The position numbers and the translations under genes are program-made. Below the pieces are notes generated by a model. That model did no database searches. It was not told where the DNA came from and was given only the letters and a program-made list of their open reading frames with translations. DNA of 63,111 nucleotides, the filler included, from Sphacelaria rigidula (Eukaryota): the NCBI GenBank assembly GCA_964200075.2. It is 6 parts of 6 records of this genome, joined end to end, with 100 filler letters (N's around TTAATTAATTAA, not from the genome) between each part and the next. Parts side by side here need not be neighbours in the genome. Positions count along the whole stretch, not along the records: positions 1 to 10,437 come from CAXNAA020006497.1; positions 10,538 to 20,974 come from CAXNAA020006498.1; 4 more parts are not named here. One strand, 5' to 3'. Of the stretch, positions 1 to 10,867 are shown piece after piece (position 1 is the stretch's first letter; every line of letters begins with the position of its first letter).

Positions 1-2404
1 TTTAGCGCCACCGCTACGGCCTTGAACAAAAATCCGGCTACGTCACCCTCTTCGTCTCTTCATTGCGGTCAGTATGATACCATATATGCGAGTATTGGGT
101 GCGTATTGCGGAATGCATTTGTTGATGACACAATTTTGGGTGATCACCATGAACCAGCCTGCAGTGAAGTCGCTTTTCTTCTCTCATTTTTAACACTCTA
201 CGGCTGATACAAATCGCTCTGTTGCTGGTGTAGTGGAATGGATCGATTAGTTACAACGGACGAACGGAGACGACTGTTATTATCTCCGCTATCGTTTTTT
301 TTTCCCTGGACGTTACACGCAAAGTTTATCAAGGAGAAACAATATGCACGTTCCAGTTTTGGCTGGATGAAGATGACGTTAAATCGTAATTTGACAGTGC
401 ATGTCGCTTTTTTTTTCACATATTTTTTGTGTTGACGGAAACGAAGTCGACAGAACATATTTCCCTCCGTGTCTTGACGTCTTGCCTGTTCGAACTCCAC
501 ACAAACGACCTCGCACCCGCAATGTACTTGTTTCTGAACTCTCCAGTGCCTCAGACGTGAATCAAACAAACCGTACAGTCGTCGCCGTTGTCGTCGTCGT
601 CGTCGTCGTCTTCGATGATATTGTTGTTACTGTACGCGAAGTCGATACGGATTGAGCCCACAAATATAGATGAACAAATGAAGGGTCTGCCGAACAGTGG
701 TTCACGTCAAAATTACCTGATTTCAGTGTGAGTAATTCGTACCGTACGAATTCATCAATCCTCGGGACCTTTTTTTTTGGCGTTGCACCTCAGCTTGACC
801 TACGTCAAGGTAGCTTCAGGCAAGCGCACACCCGGGACGTGGGATGGCGCAAAATGCCAATTTCACGTCGATGTTGTATTGACCCGCGGTCACTAGCGGT
901 CAACTTTTTTCTCTCTCTTGTCCGACTTGGTTCTCGGATTTTTCTAGATTGCGATGTTTGAAAACAGCGATGGTGGGATGATGATTGGTCCGACCCGCGA
1001 AACAAGGAAAAGTAAATACTTGTATCTGCTTCTTCGGTGTCGCCAAATGCAGCCATCTCAACTATTTCACTTGTTTCTTTATTGCCAAACTGACGATCAC
1101 AGATAACGTTGGAAGAATTTGAGGAGGTGAAGGTGGACTTTAGGGGTGCGAAGGCGGAGTATGTGGCGGTGTCTTTTTTGCAATGCACAGGGGAGAAGCC
1201 CCAGGAGCTGAAGGTTAAGCTGGCCTCAGGGGGAGAGTATTCAGAGAACACGAGTGTCCGTCCAGGATGCTTGAAGGTATGGAGATAAACCACCGTACGG
1301 CGATGCTGCTCCACCATTCTCACTCGGTGTGCTGTTCATTAGTATTATATTCATCTAGGACTCCAGCCGTCGTGTATGCTATATGCTATATGCTATATGC
1401 TAAGTGGTATAAATGTCGAGGGCAAGGGTGCGGTCGACCGTTGTATCGGAACAATTTTAGCGTTATGAAAGCGCGTTTTGAGGGGACGATTTATTCCCTG
1501 CTTGCGACTGCTTTCTTGCATGCCCCTGCTTCCCTTGCATTGTCTACCCCGTCATCAAGTCGGAGGAAGCTGTTTCTTTTACTCCATTGTCTCCCTCTCA
1601 CTGTTTTTATTTGGTGTATATTTATTTATTAATCTTTTGGAGTCTCGGAAGATACAACGAGAGTCTTGTTGCTTGAAAGGCGAGCTTACACATGTGACCA
1701 CGGGTCCGAGAGATGGGACTAATGTGCGGAAATAATGATCATGAGACTCGGAGCTTCGAGCAACCACAAGGGTCCCTCTAGTAGGGTACAGCAGGGTATA
1801 AAACTGGGGATGGTTGTGAAGACGTATGCGCGTCTTGTCCGAATGGCAGTCCCTGATTCCCGTGGAAATGTACCACTAACGATAATCTTACTCGAGCATT
1901 TGGCATATGGATTGACAAGTTCCCCCCCTTACAGAGTGTGAGATTGATGAGTTGATCCACGAAAACGACCGAAGAGTGCGGGCACGGGTTGGCTAGTCTA
2001 CGTGTGCGCGAAGGAGCTGGTGATGTGTGTAGCGCTTGCATGGAACGCTGTCGATTGCCAACTACGAGTTGGGCCAGCCGACAATGGGTATTTTTTGTTC
2101 TCTGGCTCAGGCGACGCACAGCGTAGAATTAGGAGTTGGACGCTGAAATTTTCGACAGCAGCTTACTATGATCGACATGCGTAGTATGACTGGAGCAGCA
2201 AAGAAGAGAAGAGAAAAAAGGAAGTCATGACGATTTAAAATTTCAGCAAAAACAAGATGATTTCATAAGCCCAGGAAGTAAAACGAGGATCTGCAGCTGC
2301 TCCCGTCATGTATCATTTCCTTGGGTGCAGACGGTCTTCGTGAAAATTCAGCTCAACAGTCGTCGAATTGGGCCGTGCTTGCAACGTTTTGCGTGACGCT
2401 GCTG

Positions 2405-2482
2405 GACCCCTGTAGTTCAAGTGATGAGACTCCAAATATGGAGGCCATGAGTTCGAATCCCGCCATATATATATATTTTTTT
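2405..2482 (+). repeat. Degenerate tRNA-derived SINE head or tRNA pseudogene
   Basis: A-box-like TAGTTCAAGTGA and B-box AGTTCGAATCC, followed by (TA)n and a T-run; no complete cloverleaf. Confidence 0.5.
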
Positions 2483-3382
2483 TGTGAGTCGTTAAGGTAA
2501 TATATTATGCGGGACATTTTTTTTCATTTTAATGGTCTTCACTCAGCGGCGTTGCTGTGTGTTACCAGGTTGGTCTGCACTTGACAGTGATATACTTCCA
2601 TCGGGTTCATTCGGGAAACTGGGGAAGCTGTAGTGCTGACAATGTTTGGCCGCTTCAAAGCTGGCCCAGCTCGTAGCATTTCCCCAAATTGCACACGTTT
2701 GTACTGCTGAGCATTCCTTTGCCGCGCGATATTTCAGGCTATTCATGAGTCAAGCATTCTTTATTCCTCATCCTTTGACCTTGCGCTTTGGTTGTTGCGA
2801 GCCTTGGGCTGCGATAATGGGAATACGGCGGTTCGTGTCGTGGTGGTTGGCGAAGTACTCTGCGGATTCCCCGGTACATGGGAGGTGTCATGGGAGGGGT
2901 TCGGTGTCTATTCTCGGGAACGTATACCGCAGGCGCTACAAGTGCAAAGAAAACGTTGTCCCTGACGATACGAATCGCCGCCTCCATTTTCTCGTTGAAC
3001 AATGTTACGGCAATACAATTGAGTGAGCGATGTAGTCTGTACAGTGAGCACACTGGTCCGGTGCGTCGGATACGATCTACGATTTTGTACGGTGTGTGCA
3101 GTACAAACCTCGAGAGAAGCGGAGGTGTCAAGAGCACAACGGCCCAACATATTGTACTGTCCACTACACTTTGCCTCTTTGTGAAGCTAGTGTGTGGTGT
3201 GTGCTGTTCTTTCCAATGCTTCCATTGTACCCCTCTTTTGCAACCCTGTTCTATCCTCCGCTGTCGCTATTGCTATCGCTCTGCCACTGAAGCCCTGTTT
3301 CCTGCACTCTAACGACTGCATGTGTTTGTTTTTTTGCCTTGTTTTTCTGTCCGGTGCGGTACATCCCAACTCTTTTGCACAG

Positions 3383-6300
3383 CTCAAGCGACCGTCGGTT
3401 GACGTGGCGGATGAAGAGGAAATTTGTGTTTTCCCGGAGCTTGGGTACGGCGATATTACACCGGTGGACTTGACAGCAGATGTCTTGATTAACCCAGCAA
3501 ACGTGGTGCTCACCATGTCCAATGAAGGTGGGGTTGTGCGGTCATGACTGATTCCCTAGTTACTTTACGTGTGCGTTTTATACCCGCTCTGCACCCGAAG
3601 CTGGTGTATAGAGTTGTGACTGGCTCATGTCCGGAACGAAGCACGGTGTGAAATTATGATGTTGCCGAGGAAGTGTCGGGGGAGGGGGATTGTCACACAT
3701 GTACCTGTGTTACACCAATGTGTTACAAATACAAATCGCAGTCTCGTCATGTAAATGGGGCTAAGCGTGAAATCACGGTGCAGCTTGTATGAGAAAGTAA
3801 TGTCTGTAGGAACCCCCCCCCTCGATCCCCCCTCTTTCCTCGCGTGACGGGCGATTTCGCCAACGCAATCCGCGGACGCCCTCATTTCATTTCGTGCCGA
3901 CCAGCCTTGGGGTTTCATCCGTTGCAAACGTCGGGTAAGCCGTACCTGGTATCTCGGGGAAGAAAAAAAAGAACCGAAGGGAAGAAGGCACTTGTGGAAT
4001 ATCTGTGTCCGCCGGTTCCTTGCCCCATCCCGTGTCGAATTGAAAGTCCCAACGTCAAGAAGTAGAAGCAAGCCCAGCGTGCCCACATTTGCAGATATTT
4101 GCACAAAGATCGCCCTGCATGCAAGATAGACTCGACATCCATCCAAAATGAGGTCTTGGGATTTCGGCGAAAATATCCTTCGCAAGTCACCATGTGAATG
4201 AAATCTTGACCGTTTTTCTACTTCTCGCCTCGGGAGGTACACACCAGACTAGACTGGACTAGACTTGACTAGACTTGACTAGACTAGACGGCCACTGGCA
4301 CTGTCCAAGTTTGAGGTTTGAAAATGAGATGTTCTAAATAATACATGAACACCTGGCACTTTGGACTCTTGACTATTGAATCTGACTATTGTGCAAGAGA
4401 GCAAACACGAAGATGCGAGTTTCATGACAGCTCCACAGCAGAGTCCCAGACTGGATGGCTACATGTTCCCGCCTCAAGTGCACGACTAATCATAGAACGC
4501 CATGCAAAGCTTACCCTGAATCGGTGCTGTTCAAAAGATGAGATACTACCGCCATCTGACTCACAGTGCGGTTTTCTTGCCCGGACTAGCTGGTAGCTGA
4601 CGGCATACAGGAAGGGTTATACCACAGTGCGGGTCAAACTGAGCCACTCCCGGGTCCGATCCATGATGAAATTATGGTGCGGGGTCCCAGGATGGTGTGA
4701 TCATGCCGGGCCGGCGATGTTCCGCACTAATGTCGGAACCCAAATGTACGTAACCATTTTCCCGCTGTTGTGCCTAACCCTGACCCCAACCCTAGCCATA
4801 ACCCTAAGCCATGTTCATGCACCGCACCGCAGGCGACGTATCTACCCACGATGGATGTGCGTGACTCGCTCTTGACGTCTCGCATGAAAGTGTTGGTGTG
4901 TGTGCTGCGACGGATGTGCTTTGCGTTTGTCATCGCCCATCCCGTGTTTTTCGACCGGACGCGTTCGTGACGACATTTTTTTTTTGTCGTATGTGTGGCC
5001 ACCTGGTCCTTGCGCGTCATTGCAGGCAATGCAACTACTACGGTGCACCTGGCGATGTTTACCGACGTGGTGCAGCCAGAGCAGTCCGAGCTGGTTATTT
5101 ATGACGAGGGTAACCCGAATGCCTATATCGAGGGCTTCTCTCTCAAGTAAGAGCTTTTGCCGAACGCAGGACACGGGTCGTTGTTGTTGTTGTTGGACAT
5201 ACATGGATAAAGTTGCGGTACGAATGGTACCAATCCATATTGTTCTGTTGTAGGATCCCGCGTAAATTTATTTCTATTTTGTCGGGGACGCAAAGCGTTC
5301 TCCTCGCGATTTTTGCTGTACACGGCAGCAGGAATTCTCACTCGGGGTTTGCATCGTACGGTACATGGTTGGAGATCGTCGGTCGAAAGTTTGCTAGTTT
5401 GCGTTCAAAACTAAATAATTGGTCGCCTCAGTACCTCCTGGTGGACTCACGGTAGAATTATGTGAGTATCCGCAGTCGGTGAATCTTACTTTCTGCCTCT
5501 ATGCTCGCCTTATTAATAGTATGGTGTCCCACCGAAAGGCTGACACCGGGTATAATGCCAAATCCGCCTTGTTGGTGGGCAGAAGTGGTGTCACCAGTAG
5601 CACCAACTTGACTGAAACAGCTGTGACAAGCCGAAGAATACCCGTGTTGGTGCTTCTAATCTCTCCTTACTGTGCAGTGCGCAGGTGCCGCCCGGGTGAG
5701 AATTCACCACTGGGATTTCCACGATCTGTTTTTTTCAAATTTATTTCATTTTGGAGTCGAGATCAACGTAAAGATCATCCACAGACGGTATCATGAGTAT
5801 CGCTATTACTTTGCTGTCATGATTGTATTTGTGGTCTGCAGCCTTGAGGTGAACTTCGGCTGGAATACCTTGGAGTTCTGCACCAACAACGAGTGTGTAG
5901 TGAGGGGCTACCTTCTCGACTACGACCCGCCAATGCCTCACGCCTACATTTGCATGGTGGAGTCACAGGGGGAGCTCATGTACAATCAGGGCTTCCGAGG
6001 GGGAACAAACGAACTCGAGGCTGCCGTCGACTTGCCAGATGTGAGTGTTACCAATACGTGTGGTCAGGTTTCCAAAGCATTTTCCTGTCAGGCAGCGATT
6101 TTTCTCGTATTTCACTACAGTCGTTTGGTTCATGTCGTCGGTCGTCGATGTGCCTTTTTTTTGTCAACATCCGAAGCGGTTTCCAAGTCTTGATGTACAC
6201 GCAGATTACCTCGGACACGCTGTTGATGGTGTTGTTGCTATTGATTTCTTGGTTGGCGGAATGGTTGTCTCGGCCTGTTTGAGCGATGCTGTAGTGCTGT

Positions 6301-7318
6301 AGCTAACGGGGTTTTCACCGTATTCAGCGATTGAGTATATCCAACAACTTTTGCCACTTCGCTTGCGAGGCTCGTCCTTCTCACCTTGGAATCCTTGTAT
6401 TTGCAGCTGGAATTCGATGATGAATGGTGGACGTTGATTTTACCACTGCTGCATGCATCAAAACTGTGCCTCCTTGACTTCAAGCGTCCACAGATGGACG
6501 TGTGACTCTTGTCAAGTCATTTTCCAACCGAAGGCGATGCTGATTGAATCGAAGCGCACACGTTGCTGGTGAAAGACCTGGGGGGTAAAGTGCGTGTCAG
6601 TCAAGTTCGATTTGATGAAGTCCACACGTCGGAGAGCTCATGAGCTCAATACCTTAATATTACTCCGGATTATTAGTGTACTAATCCGGATTATGAGCTA
6701 GCTCATTTGGGCCCTCTTTCCGTACGTTCTCCATATAGCGCTGTATGGCGGGCATGCGGAGGGGTACAAAGGTAGCGCATTGGCCTCTCGAACCCCACTT
6801 GTCACGCGTTTTGTGTCTTTGGTTATTAGTCGACGGGTATGAAAGTTGCCTTCGATTGGATGTTGGAGGTAGCTAATGAACTGTGCAGCGTGTGGAAAAG
6901 TCAGGCTCTCGCATTGATCCAGGAATGCGAAGTTTTTCATATTTTTCAGATCTTTAATGTGTGATATGCAAGGACTGATTCAAGAAGAGCAACATCTCGA
7001 TAACCAATGAGGTTGGGAGCTGAATTCCCCCCCGCCCCCCCCCCCCTCCTCCTTTTTCGATGTCCTCTTCCTTCCGTTCCGGTACACCAGGACAACCCTT
7101 ACATCGTGACGTTTATTCTATCCCATAATGCTACACCGAATTCCACCTCACCGCTCTTGGCGGTGAACCAAGAAATCGTGTACCAAACGCTCGTCATAAA
7201 CGGCGATATCGAGGATTATCCGGCAGACGGGTCGAGCATGCTCAACGGTAAGCCCTCGCTTACGATGCTACTCGTGGTGAGCGTGGCTGCGATTGGTGCG
7301 TCCAGGTGGATTTCCTGA
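3383..7318 (+). CDS. Multi-exon gene, 5' end unresolved: acidic secreted or putatively GPI-anchored protein of unknown function
   Basis: Exons 3383-3527, 5026-5146, 5842-6040 and 7091-7318 with GT-AG introns in phases 1, 2, 0 join into one open frame (LKRPSVDVADEEEICVFPELGYG...SNEG|NATTTVHLAMF...FSLN|LEVNFGWNTLEFC...DLPD|DNPYIVTF...DGSSMLNGKPSLTMLLVVSVAAIGASRWIS*). N-glycosylation sequons and a hydrophobic C-terminal tail are present. Candidate upstream exons near 2933-3022 and 3102-3190 could not be fixed. Confidence 0.8.
4245..4290. repeat. Pentamer microsatellite (GACTA/GACTT/GACTG)n in an intron
   Basis: accagactagactggactagacttgactagacttgactagactagac. Confidence 0.85.
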
Positions 7319-10300
7319 AGTGACACATATGGGGGCCCTTAGCCGCAGCTGTGGGCGGGCGCTCTAGGCGGCATCTATGCATCCCATGAGCGACATGAGC
7401 GACAGCTATGGATACCGTGTGTGAGAGTGATGTGTGCCTTGTAGTATGCCTTGTAACTCGATGGCCACAAGCAAATAAAAAGCTATCGTATGGAAGGCGC
7501 TTCAGTCGCCCGAACAAGGGAATTGCCATCGACCCGAGGCAACAAATCTGATTACCTTCTTGGCAGCCAGAGAGCTGATGGAAAGCTAAGACTGCGCAAG
7601 CCGTAGGCTGCACACCAAAAGATGGTGCGTGTAGAAGGTTTGGGGGTTGATGTCTCGCGAGGCACGCCCTTGATAGTTCTGACTTGGCGAGTTGTGGGAG
7701 ACGTATCGCGAGGAAGAAAAACGTTGTGGGGGACGCTTCGCAAGGACGGGATGCCAGGACACTGTGGCAGGAGCCAGGCAAGAAGCGTCGTGCCATGAAG
7801 TGGACAAGATGCTGCTGCCACGGTAGCGTGCTTGTAAAGCGTGCGGAGTTAGGGTTTGGTTTGACGTTGTCGCTTTGGAAACCGGATCAAACTGTTTGTA
7901 TCGCGTGAAGTTTGTGTGTCGTGTGTCGAATGTTGGTTTTGTCTTCGCAGCATCGTCTCAGCCCCAGCCTTGGCCGGGAGGCGTTCATTGGTTAAACGGT
8001 TCGGGGTCGGCAGTTTGAGTACCGCTGATTCTCGATTCACGAATTGCCCTAGTGAGGTGTCTGAGTCGGATACGCGTAGTTGTAGGTCTAATGGGTGTGT
8101 GCCCGGTTGAGAAGAGTAATTTTACCCGTCATACGTGTGGGTCGATTTGGTGGCGTGAGCAGTTGAGTGTGCAAGTTATTTTTCATGCCGAAAGAAGAAG
8201 GGGTGGGTGTTCGTCTGATTTGTCAGAGGCCTTGGATTGCTTTTGTACGGCCGGTAGTCGGTGCTACTGCTTCCTTCATCGTTGTACTGTAACACCCTGG
8301 GTCTCCCCGTTTTTGCTAGAAAACCACATCGATTTTATAACTGATGAGGATAAAGATGTGTGTAAGTGTCGTATTTTCGATTGGCGCCTCCTGTCGTATT
8401 TGGTGGAACAAACCCGTCCATTCCATTGTATGTGTGTATACCATGCGGTGGGAACATGAAGGTGTGGGCGCTCTTTGTCGGGATTCTCGACTTTGGCGGG
8501 TTACAACTCCTGAGGGTAGTGGTACAAAAATGTGTATATTATGTCGTGAGGTATTTTCGAGAAATCTATCGGAATCTTGAGAGGCAGACACTCCAAAGTA
8601 GGGTAGGAACCATTTATCTATCGAGCTGCTACTGTATGTACGCGTCCCCCACTTGGTTTTGCTTTTCCTGCTCGGAAGCATGCCGTGTAAAGAAGATGCC
8701 ATATTATCGTCCACCTGGAAGTACAGTGTGGGCGACGGCCGTTTTTTATTTTTTTTTCCCCCAGGAGATTTGAAGTGTTTATTTCAGTATACACACCTTG
8801 TACCCTCTCCATGTAAAATATAATCGGCGGTGGGTAGAACCTTGAGCGTTTCATAGGGCCCCCTCATTTTATACCTCCCGTCATGGTGCATGGTGCATAA
8901 CTGTATTCATTTCTAACTTGTTTCGGCGTGCGAAGAACCAACTTTGTGAGTAACCTGTCTTGATCGGATCCAAATGACAAATTATTTGCAAAAAGTGGTT
9001 TATTTGTGATTTACGCCCTCTGTTGAGTTGATGCCGTTCGGCGACCAGTCATGGCGGCAGCTACGACTCACAGGGGGGCGTGAATCATCAATCGATTCTT
9101 CGAGTCAAGTGAAGGCAGGTGCTCACTTGATGTGCCCCCCTGTAAAGAGAGGGGGGACCTTCAGAGGCAGCCTGAAGCGACTAATTTCAAGCAGGTCCCT
9201 CCAGCATCTGAATTGCGATCGAATCATGATTACCCGTGCTATGCATTCCCCGGTGCGAGCCTCCATCATGGATTTCAGGTGTGCTCGTGTATTCATGGGC
9301 AGCACATCAATCAAGACCAAGATCTAGGCGGTTATGGTCTTACATCGCCTGTACTATTTTGCTGGCCATGAGTGATATGCTGTTGACAAAAACCTCGACC
9401 TGCTTCTGGACTCTCGCGATCTTTCCTGTCCCCTCCCGTCAACAACTGGAAACGTTGAGGCACGACGGACAGTCAAAGCGCCAAATAATACAGGTCTGAC
9501 CACGGGTGCCTGTAGATTGACGAGGACACACTAAAGGTCCCCACAGTTGACATTTTACGGTGTGGCCAGGGGGATTTCCAGTGACAGTGCCCCTCGAGAC
9601 GTTTCTAGCATCTGTGTGGGTGCCATCTATTCCCGAGGCCGGAGACCTCTGGTCCATGAGCGTGAACGTGCCCGAGCTTGCCAGCCTCACGTCCGAAGTT
9701 GCACCGTTGGAGGCCGGGGTGGATGAGCACGGGCCTCGTCGACAACCAACTGAAGCTAGACCGCTCATTGCGCGTCTGGCGAAGCAGCTTTCATTTGGCG
9801 ACCAAGATCCTTAGGGGGAGACTAACTCACCGCTGACAAGCTCTGCAGGACCACACTACCCAAGGATAAACGATTGTGCCTGCATGATGAGCCGGTTGTC
9901 GGCCCGATGTCATTCATTTATATTCACACGATACCCTCTCTGCACGAGTCAATCGTAATCTGCAGGGTGCGGGATTTTGGAAGATGCGATTGTTTTTTCA
10001 TGTGGGAATGATGAAAATTAAACTGGTGTTCGAAATCGTGACATTTAGTCCCCCCCCTCCCCTTCAAGGTAAGTTCGGGTAGCCCCAGTCTGACGGACGT
10101 GGCTCTTCAACCTTTGAGGCACCTGCTCTCTCCTGAAGATTACCATCGAAGGCCGACAGTAGATAGCACGGAAAACCTCACAAGGGTTGCCACACAAGGT
10201 AGGCGCCATGGGAGGGGTACTAATTCTCCCAATTCCGAGCATCGTTTCCCCCTTCTTTTTGCTGCGAGTAAAGATTCGACTCACTGTTTTTTTGCGACTC

Positions 10301-10437
10301 CGTTCTTGCGACCTGATTCTTGCGACCCGATTCTTGTGATATTTTATTTGTCTGATTTTTCCGCTCTTAAACCGTTCCCCGTCTTCCGACGAAGGCCATG
10401 ACCGGTCTTGTCGGTACGGCGTGGGGAGGGTCTTTTC

Positions 10438-10537
10438 NNNNNNNNNNNNNNNNNNNNNNNNNNNNNNNNNNNNNNNNNNNNTTAATTAATTAANNNNNNN
10501 NNNNNNNNNNNNNNNNNNNNNNNNNNNNNNNNNNNNN
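10438..10537. other. Artificial contig linker (44 N + TTAATTAATTAA + 44 N)
   Basis: Exactly 100 bp; the core has stop codons in all six frames; identical copies occur at four other positions. Confidence 0.98.
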
Positions 10538-10792
10538 CAGCTCTCATTGTAGGCTATCATCCAAGCGCAAGATAATCAGTAGGCTTCGGGCCGAACAATC
10601 TTAGCAGGGTGTAGCTCACCCTTCATGCGACACGCCGAACACACCACGGCGCTTCGCGCGCTTCGCGCTTGGTGATTGAGTGCGAGCCTGGTCCGGCGAA
10701 AACCCGGCGTGCTCCATCCCGGCTTTGTAGGGATGCGAGGTCAATGGCCTGCTGACTATGGCATGCGTGATCATGAGCACACACCCTTCCCC
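10538..10792 (+). mobile_element. Poly(C)-associated dispersed repeat (SINE or LINE-3'-end-like), copy A at contig start
   Basis: Shares ctcattgtaggctatcatcca...gcgagcctggtccggcgaaaacccgg...gtagggatgcgaggtcaatgg...atgag(t/c)ac with the other copies. Confidence 0.8.
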
Positions 10793-10867
10793 GTTCCTGC
10801 CCTACCCCTCGTCACGTCTCAAACCGGCCGTACGTACTGCCGGCAATCGCTTTTTCGATACCTGCAG

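Noticed and set aside
10390-10405. Copia-type primer-binding site (GGTCATGGCC on the minus strand)
   Set aside because: Short, imperfect match with no adjacent LTR visible before the contig end.
10482-10493. TTAATTAATTAA palindrome repeated five times at about 10.5-kb spacing
   Set aside because: Always centred in 88 Ns; it is an assembly linker, not a biological periodic motif.
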